This document shows positions 46,667-57,432 of a stretch of DNA of 64,000 nt, piece after piece. Below the pieces are notes generated by a model that was not told where the DNA came from, searched no databases, and saw nothing but the letters and a program-made list of their open reading frames with translations. The DNA is from a virus (lineage: Duplodnaviria; Caudoviricetes). Both the position numbers and the translations under genes were made by a program. Every line of letters starts with the position of its first letter. Within the stretch, counting starts at the first letter, position 1. Location: IMG/VR virus record IMGVR_UViG_3300033121_000954, positions 1-64,000 of that record; one strand, written 5' to 3'.

Positions 46667-48249
46667 TTTATACTTTCAGTCTGTGCTCTGACTGGCATTT
46701 CCCATTGTGGATTACTTGTCATTTTTGGACTATAAACTGAACGATGAATATTTTGGACAGATTTCTGTGTTAATTCCAACCCAACCTGATACATTCTAAG
46801 TGCAGTTTCACGAACAAATAATGCGATAGCAAAAGACATAATCAAATCATCATTGTATCCGCGAGCCGCTTGCGGTTTACCATTGATCCATTTAAACACA
46901 GTAACTTCGTTCATTAATCGTTTTGAATATACCCTTGGCAATTTCTGTCGCATATAAGTACCAAACATATCAAGCATGACTGGTCTGTTTTGTGGAGTAA
47001 TTGTAATTCCGGGTACTGTGTCTTCTTTATTTTTCAAATCGTAGTTTTTTCTGATGTGTATATCAGTGTCAAAATATGGATCATTTTTATACCCATAAAA
47101 CAAATTTTTATATCCACTATCAACTATAACTTGAATGGTTGACCAACCAATATTTTTATTGTCCAATACCAGTCTGGCATTGTTGTATTCAGTTGCGATG
47201 GAAATTAAGATATTTCCAAAAACATTTGTATCAACCTTTTCACGAAATTCGGCCACTTGCTCCATCGTTTCTAATTCAAAAACATGGAATGCCGAAAAGT
47301 CTTCACCATCCCCACGAGCAACATCCGCACTGACAATATAACTTTTGTTGTAGAGTGGGTATTTCCATATCCATAAATTGCCGCCAATTCCTCTACGCTC
47401 AACTGGGTCTTTTACCGAATTATCATTATAGTATTGGATAATTTCAGAATCAATATAAGTATGCCCAGAAGTTAAGAATTCAACATCACATTCCTGTGCA
47501 GCCTTCAGTTTTCCAAGTTGTTCATCCTGTAAATCACGCCAAGCCTGATCCCGTTCCGGATGTAAACTCCACGGTAATGATATTGGATTAAATCTACCAA
47601 GTCCGCCAGCCGCAGTTCCTTCAATTGCTTGCTGCCACAGTTGATGAAAGGTATTTCCACTTCCATTTGGCGAACTTAATAACACTGCTTTTCCGCCAGT
47701 AGCCAATGTCAGTTGGGCAGAAGTCCAAATTTCCTCCATACAATCAATGTGCGCCGCTTCATCAATTATCAATTTTGAAAGTGCTTCCGACCTACCAGCA
47801 TCCGGCGAACTTGAGACGGCTTTAATTGACGAGCCGTTGGCAAAAACTAAACTTAATTTATTATCATTTACAATCTTTCCTTTCAAGAAATTTGGAAGAA
47901 ATTCGTGCATCAATTGTACTTTTTCAACCAAATTTCGGGCAACGTCTTGTTTTGTCGCAATTACCAGTATTTTGTAATCACTATTGAACAACATACAATG
48001 AAGGGCATCCATCGCACAAAGCGTTGAAATGCCCATTTGTCGGCCCTTGCCGATTATATTGAACCGATGTTCTTTAAATGCCCTAAGTGTGTCTTCTTGA
48101 AATGGAAATAGATTGAATAAAATTTTACCCTTTATAGGATGCTGTATTTTGCAATACTTTTTGGCAAAATATACAGGGTCAACCGCACAACGTAGGAACT
48201 CCTGTTGTAACGCTTTTTTTATACTTTCTGTTTCTGGTTGTTTTGGAAT
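46654..48249 (-). CDS. Terminase large subunit (gp17-like); start extended to a probable ATT at 48247-48249
   Basis: In-frame upstream DPVYFAKKYCKIQHP..G...F.LFPFQ...KGRQMGIST; IIDEAAH, SSPNG, ADVARG, DDLIMS. Confidence 0.88.
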   Translation of the reverse strand: MPKQPETESIKKALQQEFLRCAVDPVYFAKKYCKIQHPIKGKILFNLFPFQEDTLRAFKEHRFNIIGKGRQMGISTLCAMDALHCMLFNSDYKILVIATKQDVARNLVEKVQLMHEFLPNFLKGKIVNDNKLSLVFANGSSIKAVSSSPDAGRSEALSKLIIDEAAHIDCMEEIWTSAQLTLATGGKAVLLSSPNGSGNTFHQLWQQAIEGTAAGGLGRFNPISLPWSLHPERDQAWRDLQDEQLGKLKAAQECDVEFLTSGHTYIDSEIIQYYNDNSVKDPVERRGIGGNLWIWKYPLYNKSYIVSADVARGDGEDFSAFHVFELETMEQVAEFREKVDTNVFGNILISIATEYNNARLVLDNKNIGWSTIQVIVDSGYKNLFYGYKNDPYFDTDIHIRKNYDLKNKEDTVPGITITPQNRPVMLDMFGTYMRQKLPRVYSKRLMNEVTVFKWINGKPQAARGYNDDLIMSFAIALFVRETALRMYQVGLELTQKSVQNIHRSVYSPKMTSNPQWEMPVRAQTESIKWLL

Positions 48250-48252
48250 TAG

Positions 48253-48888
48253 TTATTTCTCCGTCGTAAATCGCTCAAGTGTTTTGTCTTTAAATTCTTG
48301 ATACGAGTTATCTATTTTTTGTAAATACGCATCCACATCATCAAATGTCCATTTCTCCACATCTCCAAATTCATTATCCACAAATCCCAAGTTTTTTAAT
48401 TCTCGCTTAATTACTTCCACTTCTTTGTCAGCATCTCTGAAAAATGCGTCTGCATTTGCTTTCATTTTGTTCAGCGCGTATTCATTAAATTCGCCCCTAA
48501 TTTTAAGTTTAGTTTCAAGCGAAATTAAACAGTCTTCACACATTCCAGTCATTCTCCGAAATTTCTCATCCAATCGTGTTGGAGATTTACAAGTACATGT
48601 TTCCTTTTGGCAATTTGGGAACGACCGCATGGATTCTCTCAATTCATCCAATGCGACTGATACACTCGGATGAAATCGGTATTTGGAACGAGTATGTTTA
48701 TTTTGTTGCCACCAACACACTGTTTCGCCAAGGGCATTTACTTCTTCCCATATTTCGCCCTCTTCTCGGGTTTTATTTTTTTCCGCTTGATATTCAGCAT
48801 CGCTAAATCCGAAAGTTTTTCTGGATTGGGTTCTGTGCTCGCCCTTGAGCATTTCATTAAGGGCTTTTACATTTTTTAGTTTAGACAT
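48253..48888 (-). CDS. Hypothetical protein upstream of TerL
   Basis: 211 aa; CQKETCTC and CEDC. Confidence 0.75.
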   Translation of the reverse strand: MSKLKNVKALNEMLKGEHRTQSRKTFGFSDAEYQAEKNKTREEGEIWEEVNALGETVCWWQQNKHTRSKYRFHPSVSVALDELRESMRSFPNCQKETCTCKSPTRLDEKFRRMTGMCEDCLISLETKLKIRGEFNEYALNKMKANADAFFRDADKEVEVIKRELKNLGFVDNEFGDVEKWTFDDVDAYLQKIDNSYQEFKDKTLERFTTEK

Positions 48889-49123
48889 TATTATCTTGTT
48901 GTGTTACGAAATCTACAAATCGTTCATCTGGAATACCCAACAACGAAGCAAATTGTTTAATTGCTTTGAATTTATCAGTTGGTCGGTAAATATTCCGAAG
49001 CAAACTACCCATGTCTGGATTGTTTTTTATCTGTTGCATCAATAAAACTGAATTTGCAGATGCTTCTGGGGTGGGGGTTTCTAACTCCTCTTTTATCTGT
49101 TGGTACAATGGCATTAGTTTCAT
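48881..49123 (-). CDS. Leader-bearing small protein
   Basis: MKLMPLYQQIKEELE. Confidence 0.65.
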   Translation of the reverse strand: MKLMPLYQQIKEELETPTPEASANSVLLMQQIKNNPDMGSLLRNIYRPTDKFKAIKQFASLLGIPDERFVDFVTQQDNNV

Positions 49124-49146
49124 ATAAATTTCCTCATATACTATAA

Positions 49147-51063
49147 TTATCGGGCGTAACGGAATAAACCCAAAATTTGATTTATTACTGAAAACGAACC
49201 TGTCAGTTTATACTGTTTTCCGTTTTTCCATGTGAAGACAATGCCCTCAACTGGATTCACTACTTGATTAAGTTTGTTGAATTTTTGCATATTTTTTAGA
49301 AATCTGGTTTTTACATCTTCCTCTGCGTATGCAATTTGGTCGTCAATTTTAGACAAATTGGAAATAATGTGGTTTGTCGGCCCACTTGAATTTGCCCGTA
49401 TCACACAATTTCCAAACTTGAAAATTAGGCATTGAAAATCCTCATCATTTCTCAACGATGTCACAGAATGCGCGACCGTTAAGTTGTGTTTAAGTATCAT
49501 TTTATACAACTCGTCCAACAACTTTTCACTACCTTCACACGGTTTTAATTTTATTGTTGGAGTTGGCAGCACATCATCACTATATTGGAAATTTGGACTG
49601 TATTTTTTAACGATATTGCCACTCTCATCATAATCAATCAGCCCATGCACATATATTTTTCGCGAATTTCCATAATTGATAACGTTTTGTGTGGACGGAT
49701 TGCATATTTCTGTATTTAAAAATGTTCTCCCTCCATTAAATTGGGAATGTAAATCTTGCTCGTTAATCCAGTTATTCACAACATCAAACGCATCTAAAAA
49801 TGATTTCAAAACAGCGTCTGGTTTTGTCTGCATCAAATCAATCAATTCTACCCGAGTCATGGGGGTTAATATGGTTGATTTATTTCTTGAAATTCTAACT
49901 TCTCCAGCAATACTCGTAAATTGTGCGTTTTGACCGTCTAATTTAAGCGTAGTTGGAATATCTCGGGGCGAGTTGCACACTACCTCTATCATCTCTGAAA
50001 GTGCGGCAAACGTCAAATTTTCGTCTTCAAACGGATGTATGATATGTCGTGTATATGGCTGTACGTTTTCTACTGCATAAAATTTTGTAACCGATTTGAA
50101 ATCGGGTTTCCGCATTATTGTTTTAGGAATTAAATCTAATTCTTTTTTATCACGATCAAATTTGATAATAAATGGCATGTTTATATCACTTTCCATATCC
50201 CGCAAAACGCCTTCTGAATTTGGAGACAAGTCAGCCAGTTTATCGCCATATTTCACACTAACTTTCCGAAATAAATTCCTCAGTTCGTCTGTTGAAATAG
50301 GTGTCCCATTTCTTGGATCATTTAGTCGCTGGAAGAAATGTGTGCCAGCATACAAATTTTGAAATTCAATATCAATACCAAATTCCTTAAACAGTCTATC
50401 CGCATACTGCTCAATTCGCATCAGTTGCGTTTTAGTGATTGTATTTCCCTCGTTTAAAGAATTTACAATTGACTCAGCAACATAATCAATTTCAGATTTA
50501 AATTTGTGTTTGAACATGGAATGTATTTGCGGATCATACCAACCCATCAATTCCGTAAATTCAGACTCAGTTGAATTTGGAAGTAATTTGCGCAACAACG
50601 TACCGTTAAGTTCCTCACCATTCACTTCAACTGATTTATGAGGAACAACAAGTACATAACCAGATTTTGAAAACGGTTCAAGTTCAAGTTGACCACTATA
50701 TGGCTTAAAATATGACGAACTACCATCCGATTTGATATACTGGATTCTACCAGTATCTTTTTCGCCATACACGAAAATAGCCGCCACTGTGTTTGGATTA
50801 AAATGGTCAGTCAGTTCAGTTGATTTATATGTGGATGATACACAACAAATTTGCGTTTTTGGTATTCCATATTTTAAAATTACGGACAGTTTTTCCTTGT
50901 AATTTAATGGATTCTTTTCAACATCGTGCGTTGAATTTGTTGTAGTTATGAATACATTATTTTTTCCAAATTTATCGCACAAAGAACGATATACTTGATA
51001 ATGATGACGACCAAACACTTGAAATCTACCAGTGTAAATTACTATTTTAGTATCTGCTTTCAT
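49147..51063 (-). CDS. Multidomain protein: cytidylyltransferase-like + HF..R.NDPRN domain + KxDG ligase-like domain
   Basis: YTGRFQVFGRHH...GEKD..R; HFFQRLNDPRN; KLDGQN, EGIVF, YKLTG. Confidence 0.65.
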   Translation of the reverse strand: MKADTKIVIYTGRFQVFGRHHYQVYRSLCDKFGKNNVFITTTNSTHDVEKNPLNYKEKLSVILKYGIPKTQICCVSSTYKSTELTDHFNPNTVAAIFVYGEKDTGRIQYIKSDGSSSYFKPYSGQLELEPFSKSGYVLVVPHKSVEVNGEELNGTLLRKLLPNSTESEFTELMGWYDPQIHSMFKHKFKSEIDYVAESIVNSLNEGNTITKTQLMRIEQYADRLFKEFGIDIEFQNLYAGTHFFQRLNDPRNGTPISTDELRNLFRKVSVKYGDKLADLSPNSEGVLRDMESDINMPFIIKFDRDKKELDLIPKTIMRKPDFKSVTKFYAVENVQPYTRHIIHPFEDENLTFAALSEMIEVVCNSPRDIPTTLKLDGQNAQFTSIAGEVRISRNKSTILTPMTRVELIDLMQTKPDAVLKSFLDAFDVVNNWINEQDLHSQFNGGRTFLNTEICNPSTQNVINYGNSRKIYVHGLIDYDESGNIVKKYSPNFQYSDDVLPTPTIKLKPCEGSEKLLDELYKMILKHNLTVAHSVTSLRNDEDFQCLIFKFGNCVIRANSSGPTNHIISNLSKIDDQIAYAEEDVKTRFLKNMQKFNKLNQVVNPVEGIVFTWKNGKQYKLTGSFSVINQILGLFRYAR

Positions 51064-53386
51064 ATATTATTGCTTCACAATGTGAAACTACATTTGCATC
51101 CCAATTGAAGGATGATGTAGATGTTATATTATAATTTACCCGCAAAAATTCATCTGCAATAGAAGCTTTCCCAATAGTTAACCAAGAATCTAAGTTTGTC
51201 TTTGAGGTTGGACCATTTCCAAATGTACCAATTGCGTTGACCGACGAACCGGACAATGAAACAGTGTTGAATATAAGAGGTCGGCCATTATTGTCAAATC
51301 TGCTGACTATTGCGCGACCCTGTTGTGTAAATGCCCAATTGTATGTATCAGTAGGTGTTGAATATGAACCAGTTTTTCCAAAAATGGTCGTTTGTACTGT
51401 ATATGCAATCGCGGCATTGAAAAAACTTCCAGTATAAATATCAAAATTTATCGCTCTAAATATAGGAAATCGTATAGTACCACCTCCACCACCACTCGTT
51501 CCGATATTATTAAATTGTATAGTTGAAGTTCTAATTTGATTAACTTTATAACCAAAATCGTCTCTCATTATGGATTCTGAGTGATAAAGAACTTCTGGTT
51601 TATTTCCTTGAAATACGACACCTTTTAATAAATTTTCCTTATTGGCAAGTTCCCCGACTGAATTTTTATATTGAACTTTGATGAACAATTCGGATTTTGT
51701 TTCCACGTCAGTCAATGGAATTTGAACTCTGGTTTGGTTACTGTTGAATCCGGGTTGGTGGATTGGATAGATGGACATGTCACTGATATTCCAACTACCA
51801 GTCGTTACCAAAACCAACGGCCTAAAAGTTCCCACGTCGTTCGTTTTAAACTCAAACGTATTTTCAGACAATGATCCATTCCTTGCCTCCACAGTACCAA
51901 TATATGTACCTATATTCGTATAATTAGTTTGTATAGTGTCCGTTTTTGGACGTTCTCCCAAAACTACAATTGGACTTGAACCAGTTATATATATATCAAG
52001 TTTTCCAGTTCCAGTATTTTTACTGCTAAATTCAAGTGTGTAAGATGTATTTGCACTGGAAGTTATACCATACTGGACACTCGGGACGATATAAAATTCG
52101 CCACTTCCAGACACCCGGACAGAATCGGATAAGTTGCCATTATCTATTTCAGCACGTCCACTACCACCCACATTCCAATATCGATGAAAATCATTAAAAT
52201 CATTGCCACGGATGGCTACATTTCTAAAGTTTCCAATAGGCTTTTCTATCAATCCACGCTCAGCATCAAACAACGTTGCGTTCGGATCAGTAAACAAGTT
52301 CGTTCTACTCAATTTAAACGAACCAATATTGCGAAATTCGCCAAACGAGTTTACTGGTTTGTATGAAACATCAATTGATGATAGCACCCCAAATTCTGGC
52401 TCCAACCCACTTATATCAAACGTAGCAAATGATTGTGTTGTAGCACTTTGACTGACTGATTGGTATTGATAAAACGAACAAGTAAAATTTGTTTGGTTGA
52501 AAAATCTATCAGCGGAAAATGTTCGGGTTATTGTTTTATAAAACGGCGGATAGACTTTGATAGAACTACTATTGATTACCTCAACGATGGATGCTGTATA
52601 AAATATCGGTTCGTTGTATGTAATATCGGCGGGGAGGTTTACATTTATATCGTTCAGTTCAATTTTTCCACCTTTCATACTTGAACTGAAGTAGAAATTT
52701 TTGGCGGTTAATATTGAAAAATTTGTATAGGACGGGATGATTACATCGTTATTCGTCGCACCATCCCCATTAACAGACGGATTGGTAGATATACTGGAAT
52801 CGGTTGCTCTCGTTTCAACATTGAATGTATCTGGAATAAATTGCATTGGAATGATGCCGCCAATCGTAGAAAATGAACCACTGGAAGTTCTGATTTCAGT
52901 TAAACGGCTGACTCCAGTTGAAATGGCGACTGGTTGTAATTTTTCTTTGAAAGTCACAACTGGCGTGTTTTTTAAAACTACTTTCTCAGTAACTTCGATC
53001 GTCGGATTTACACCAACTTCAAATGTTGCCAAATAGTTTGAAGTATTTACCAGTTCCGTATCAGAACCTTTTAAAGTCCCGGCAATGTAAATTTTCGCTA
53101 TTCCAATCGGAGTATCATTATAAATATAAACTACAATATTACGAGTATTATCATCGTTCACTACACCACTAATCTCATAATATATTGGCTTTCCAAGACT
53201 GTCAAGAATATCAATAAAAATATCAGAACCCTTTAAAAGCTTGTTGGGAGAAATATTTAGCGTAAATCTATTTTTACCCAAATTAAAAATAGTGGGGAAC
53301 TTAGCATCAATGATGGTGCTAAATCCCCGCTCAACTTTCAAAAAGTTCCAACCTTTTATTCCATATTCTGATTTAATTTTTTTCAT
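51047..53386 (-). CDS. Beta-rich virion (baseplate/tail) protein
   Basis: Ser/Thr/Gly-rich with SGS motifs. Confidence 0.55.
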   Translation of the reverse strand: MKKIKSEYGIKGWNFLKVERGFSTIIDAKFPTIFNLGKNRFTLNISPNKLLKGSDIFIDILDSLGKPIYYEISGVVNDDNTRNIVVYIYNDTPIGIAKIYIAGTLKGSDTELVNTSNYLATFEVGVNPTIEVTEKVVLKNTPVVTFKEKLQPVAISTGVSRLTEIRTSSGSFSTIGGIIPMQFIPDTFNVETRATDSSISTNPSVNGDGATNNDVIIPSYTNFSILTAKNFYFSSSMKGGKIELNDINVNLPADITYNEPIFYTASIVEVINSSSIKVYPPFYKTITRTFSADRFFNQTNFTCSFYQYQSVSQSATTQSFATFDISGLEPEFGVLSSIDVSYKPVNSFGEFRNIGSFKLSRTNLFTDPNATLFDAERGLIEKPIGNFRNVAIRGNDFNDFHRYWNVGGSGRAEIDNGNLSDSVRVSGSGEFYIVPSVQYGITSSANTSYTLEFSSKNTGTGKLDIYITGSSPIVVLGERPKTDTIQTNYTNIGTYIGTVEARNGSLSENTFEFKTNDVGTFRPLVLVTTGSWNISDMSIYPIHQPGFNSNQTRVQIPLTDVETKSELFIKVQYKNSVGELANKENLLKGVVFQGNKPEVLYHSESIMRDDFGYKVNQIRTSTIQFNNIGTSGGGGGTIRFPIFRAINFDIYTGSFFNAAIAYTVQTTIFGKTGSYSTPTDTYNWAFTQQGRAIVSRFDNNGRPLIFNTVSLSGSSVNAIGTFGNGPTSKTNLDSWLTIGKASIADEFLRVNYNITSTSSFNWDANVVSHCEAIIYESRY

Positions 53387-56300
53387 TAAACTACAATCCT
53401 TGAATATCCATTTATTTTTTCAATTTTGATTTGATTGTCCACCATATCTTTCATACTGTCCATGTGCGAAACACAGATTAAAAACTCATACTGCTTTTTC
53501 AAGTAAGTAAATAAATTCGCAATAGAAAGTAAATTTTCAGAATCCAACACACCAAACCCTTCATCAATTGCAAGAAAGTTGGCCTTCGGAAGTGTTGTAA
53601 TTTCGCTCAGGCTCGTCCTAAATGCTAAAGACAGTATAAACCTTTCCATACCACTTGAAAGTTCAACAGGCCACGAATTTGAGGCATTGTAAACGATATA
53701 TCCGTGGATGTATTTATCATCAGTTGCTTCAAGACGAACCGTGAAGTCAACCAAGTTGTTTAAAATTTGATTTACCTCACTTTCAATTACTGGAAGGACA
53801 GTTTCAAGTATTCGGTATGGTACTCCCTCCCTTGAAAGTGATTGCAAGTACAGATCATAAATTCTAAACCTATTCACATATTGCAAGTACTTATCAACTT
53901 TGTTATTACACTCCTCATGTTTCGTTTTCAGTGCGTCCAGTGTGGAATGTAGCGACCGATAATTATTTAATAGCGCAATTTCAGATTTATCAAGTGCATC
54001 TATCTCAGTACGAATTTTAGTTATTTCTAAAAGTATTTGAGTGTTTCGTTCTATGATCTCTGCATTCTTTAAATATTCCTCTCTTGAAATTTTATACCCA
54101 TCCAATGCGACATTGTTTGACTTTTGCTTGTATTCCAACGTTTTTTGTTGCTCTTTCAATAAATTCAAATCTGTAAATAGTTGCCGGCGCTTGTTGACCA
54201 AATCCCGTATTTTTTTCGCCTCGGCTAATTGTATTTTTACATCGGCATATTGTAACTCAGATGTTTCAATTTCAGATGATATTTTTGCAATTGAACGCTC
54301 AATATCTGATATTTTTGAAATTGAATTTTTTGCAGTTTTAACAAATTCATTATCAATACAGTATTGGCAGGATGGATCGTACTTATGATTGTGAAGTAAC
54401 GTTTCTTGATTCTTACATTCAATTAATTCCCGCATTAGTAATTTGAGTTTCGTTCCGCTTGCGTCAATTGTGGATTTCAATTTATTCAATTGCTCAATTA
54501 CAGTTTCAAAATTGTCCGGTTCGTTCTTTATTTTTTCTGCAATTTCAGATATTTCAGTATTGTATTTTTCAATTTGTTCGGCATTTGTTTCAAATTGCGA
54601 ATTGCACTGCTCAATTTGTTTTTGTGTAGATGCAATTTCCGAATCAATTTGATTCAGGTTTAATGTATTTGAGGTTGGCTGGTAAATTTTGTTCAATTCA
54701 ACCAGTTCGTCTGATTTTACCTTTATATCTCTTTTAACTGTTGTAATTTGACGTTCAATGTCATCTAATTGATATTGCTGGTCTTGAATCTGAGTGTTAT
54801 ACACTGAAAGTTTTGATTGAAGATTTTCACGCTCAAATTCTTTAATCAACACTTGACATTCTTTACTTTCCTCTTTTGCAATTTTATAGAGGTCATCATA
54901 CACAGTTATATCTAAAAATTTGTATAATAATTCCTTCCGATCACGTTGAGTCTTGTCAATAAAATTTTGATTATCATACTGTGTTGATAATGCAGTCAAC
55001 ACAAAATCATCGTATGTTCCGACATAATTTCTGATTTGATAATTTGTCCGGTCTCGGTCTTCGCCGTTCAAATTGACTATATCTCCAAACTCATTTATTG
55101 TCCAAAACGTCACATCTACCTTTACTGCACCATCTTTTTTCTTAGTTCCAACACGTTCAATAAAATAATCACGACCATTCAATTCAAACTGTATTTTGCA
55201 TTGAAAACTGTCTTTGGTATTATTCAGGATATGACTGGCTTTGCTTGCAACTGGGGTTTTGTCAAATAATGCAAATGTCAATATAGAGAGGAAACTACTC
55301 TTACCTGTGGCATTTTTGGCCCATATACCATAACTTTCGTTCAGTTTACTAAAATCAACAACATTGTCTTCTCCATAGGAAAACATATTTGAAAATTCCA
55401 ATTTGATTGGCTTCCAAATTACGTTTCGCTGCGAACTGTTGACTGGAAGTAATTTATTAGTTTCAGAATTTAATTTACATACTGCATCAATTTCATTCTT
55501 CGTCCCAAGTTCCATTGCGGTAAGAAATTCGGAAATGATTTTGTTTTGAAAATCAATATTTCGCGAATGACCTAACGTTTCATATTTTGTGCGGTTTTGA
55601 AGTTGTGTGCCATTCAATCTCTGCTTTATTAGTTCTACTATATTATACGATTTGCCAATTTCTCGTACAAACGCCTCAATTTCTTCTGGAGTAGAATTAT
55701 CGTGCTGAATGCGTACTCTAAGATTTTTTGGCAAATTATCCGGAATTATACATTTTCCCGATATTAAATTAAATGTCACAAATCCATAGTCATTTTGGAT
55801 TGGAACAAATGTTCCTTGATTGGTTTCTAAATCCCAAACAATCAATCCATGTTCATCCACAGACTCCCCATACGATTGGCCTATCAGACTGGAAGAGTAT
55901 GCAATTGTCCGTTCGCGATTTAAAAATTGACATAAATGCACGTCTCCACACATCCCAAGATCAAATCCATTAAAATGTTCAAGCGTTATTCCAGTCTCAA
56001 TTTCATGCCCAATATCAGTCATCGCTCCAGTAATGGTGCCATGATGTAATGCTATTTTATATTTTGCATTTATTTTGTTTGCCGATACCCAATTTTCAAT
56101 TGAATCAAAAATACCAAACACTGAAAATGAAATACCATTCAATTCATACACACCCGAATCTTTCCAAAAATATAAGTTCGGATGATTCAATGCTTCAACG
56201 ATTGGAGTTAGTGCATCAAGCCGTTGTAAATTTGAACAATTTCCATCGTGGTTTCCGGGAATTAAAATCGTGGGACATATATCAGCACACGTTCTTAGAA

Positions 56301-56493
56301 AGCGGGTTGTAACTGCGATCATTTCCGGAGACATATCAGTTTTGTTATGGACTATATCTCCACCAAGAAAAATTATGTCGTCTGGTTGTTTGGTTGATTG
56401 TATGTAATCGTAAACTCGCTGGAAAACTGCTTCGTATTCTTTATGTCTTTTATACAAACGAATATGGATGTCGCTCAAATGATAGATTTTCAA
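53386..56493 (-). CDS. Fused Mre11/SbcD nuclease-Rad50/SbcC ATPase (gp47+gp46-like)
   Basis: SDIH, GDIVH, GNHD, HHG, GDVH; NATGKSS; CQYC hook; SSGME; IDEGFG.LD; VSH. Confidence 0.92.
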   Translation of the reverse strand: MKIYHLSDIHIRLYKRHKEYEAVFQRVYDYIQSTKQPDDIIFLGGDIVHNKTDMSPEMIAVTTRFLRTCADICPTILIPGNHDGNCSNLQRLDALTPIVEALNHPNLYFWKDSGVYELNGISFSVFGIFDSIENWVSANKINAKYKIALHHGTITGAMTDIGHEIETGITLEHFNGFDLGMCGDVHLCQFLNRERTIAYSSSLIGQSYGESVDEHGLIVWDLETNQGTFVPIQNDYGFVTFNLISGKCIIPDNLPKNLRVRIQHDNSTPEEIEAFVREIGKSYNIVELIKQRLNGTQLQNRTKYETLGHSRNIDFQNKIISEFLTAMELGTKNEIDAVCKLNSETNKLLPVNSSQRNVIWKPIKLEFSNMFSYGEDNVVDFSKLNESYGIWAKNATGKSSFLSILTFALFDKTPVASKASHILNNTKDSFQCKIQFELNGRDYFIERVGTKKKDGAVKVDVTFWTINEFGDIVNLNGEDRDRTNYQIRNYVGTYDDFVLTALSTQYDNQNFIDKTQRDRKELLYKFLDITVYDDLYKIAKEESKECQVLIKEFERENLQSKLSVYNTQIQDQQYQLDDIERQITTVKRDIKVKSDELVELNKIYQPTSNTLNLNQIDSEIASTQKQIEQCNSQFETNAEQIEKYNTEISEIAEKIKNEPDNFETVIEQLNKLKSTIDASGTKLKLLMRELIECKNQETLLHNHKYDPSCQYCIDNEFVKTAKNSISKISDIERSIAKISSEIETSELQYADVKIQLAEAKKIRDLVNKRRQLFTDLNLLKEQQKTLEYKQKSNNVALDGYKISREEYLKNAEIIERNTQILLEITKIRTEIDALDKSEIALLNNYRSLHSTLDALKTKHEECNNKVDKYLQYVNRFRIYDLYLQSLSREGVPYRILETVLPVIESEVNQILNNLVDFTVRLEATDDKYIHGYIVYNASNSWPVELSSGMERFILSLAFRTSLSEITTLPKANFLAIDEGFGVLDSENLLSIANLFTYLKKQYEFLICVSHMDSMKDMVDNQIKIEKINGYSRIVV

Positions 56494-56511
56494 TGGTTTA
56501 TTTGGGTTTTA

Positions 56512-57432
56512 TTATTTTAACTTAGTTAAAATTTTAAATTTGAAAATATCCGTGTTGGTAATTATTTTAGCATCATGTATAAATTGCCAAACTTTGCTAT
56601 AACCGAGACTGTTGGGATCTTCATTTCGTGGCAATGTTACGCAACTAACCCCAATCCCATTATTTATGAAATATTCTGCTTGCATCATTGCGTCATTTAG
56701 TGCATCGCCGTCCAAACAAAATATGATGTGCGACGTTCCTTCTTGAAGAATTTTCTTTCGTAGTTTTTCCGTTAGTTTTTTGCCATTTAATGGCACTGCA
56801 TTTCTACGAACAACGATTGCATCAAGTTTACTTTCAACCAATATTATAGGTTCTTGCCAATTTATTAAATTTTCATCGGCAACGATATTTTTATCTGAAT
56901 TGTCAGGTTCTTTAAACTTAAATTGTTTATCCAAAAAAGTACGGCCAGCAAAATGAGTCAACGTACCAGTTTCTGAGAAGTATGGAAATACAACCATATC
57001 TGAATATTGACCTCGCTCACAATAACCAAGTCTGTGTTTTATGATGTCTTGTTCAGTGACACCCCGACCCAACAGATAATTTTTCGCTTTGCGATAAAAA
57101 AATGAACCAGTTTCTACATTTAGCGGTTTAAAATCCGTTGGTAAATGTAGTAAGACTGGTTCATTTTTTTGTGAGTATAATCGCTCATTCCAAAGTTCCT
57201 TTGCTTTGGAAATTATTGCTGAGTCTTGTCGTAATTTTTGGAACAACCCACCAACTTTACTACCTTTTGCCGGACACACCCAGCATTTCCATATACCAGT
57301 ACGAATACTGATACCCAATTTCTTTTTGTGATGGTTACAAAATGGACAGTGGAATTGGTAGTAATCCCTGTTCGCCTTGACGGAGGTGCCAAGCACTGAT
57401 TCCAAAAGTTGTAATTTTTCCATAAACCACAA
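56512..57432 (-). CDS. DNA primase
   Basis: CPFC..H...WKCWVC zinc finger; YLLGRG; TOPRIM VES..D, LDGD, EDPN. Confidence 0.9.
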   Translation of the reverse strand: MWFMEKLQLLESVLGTSVKANRDYYQFHCPFCNHHKKKLGISIRTGIWKCWVCPAKGSKVGGLFQKLRQDSAIISKAKELWNERLYSQKNEPVLLHLPTDFKPLNVETGSFFYRKAKNYLLGRGVTEQDIIKHRLGYCERGQYSDMVVFPYFSETGTLTHFAGRTFLDKQFKFKEPDNSDKNIVADENLINWQEPIILVESKLDAIVVRRNAVPLNGKKLTEKLRKKILQEGTSHIIFCLDGDALNDAMMQAEYFINNGIGVSCVTLPRNEDPNSLGYSKVWQFIHDAKIITNTDIFKFKILTKLK

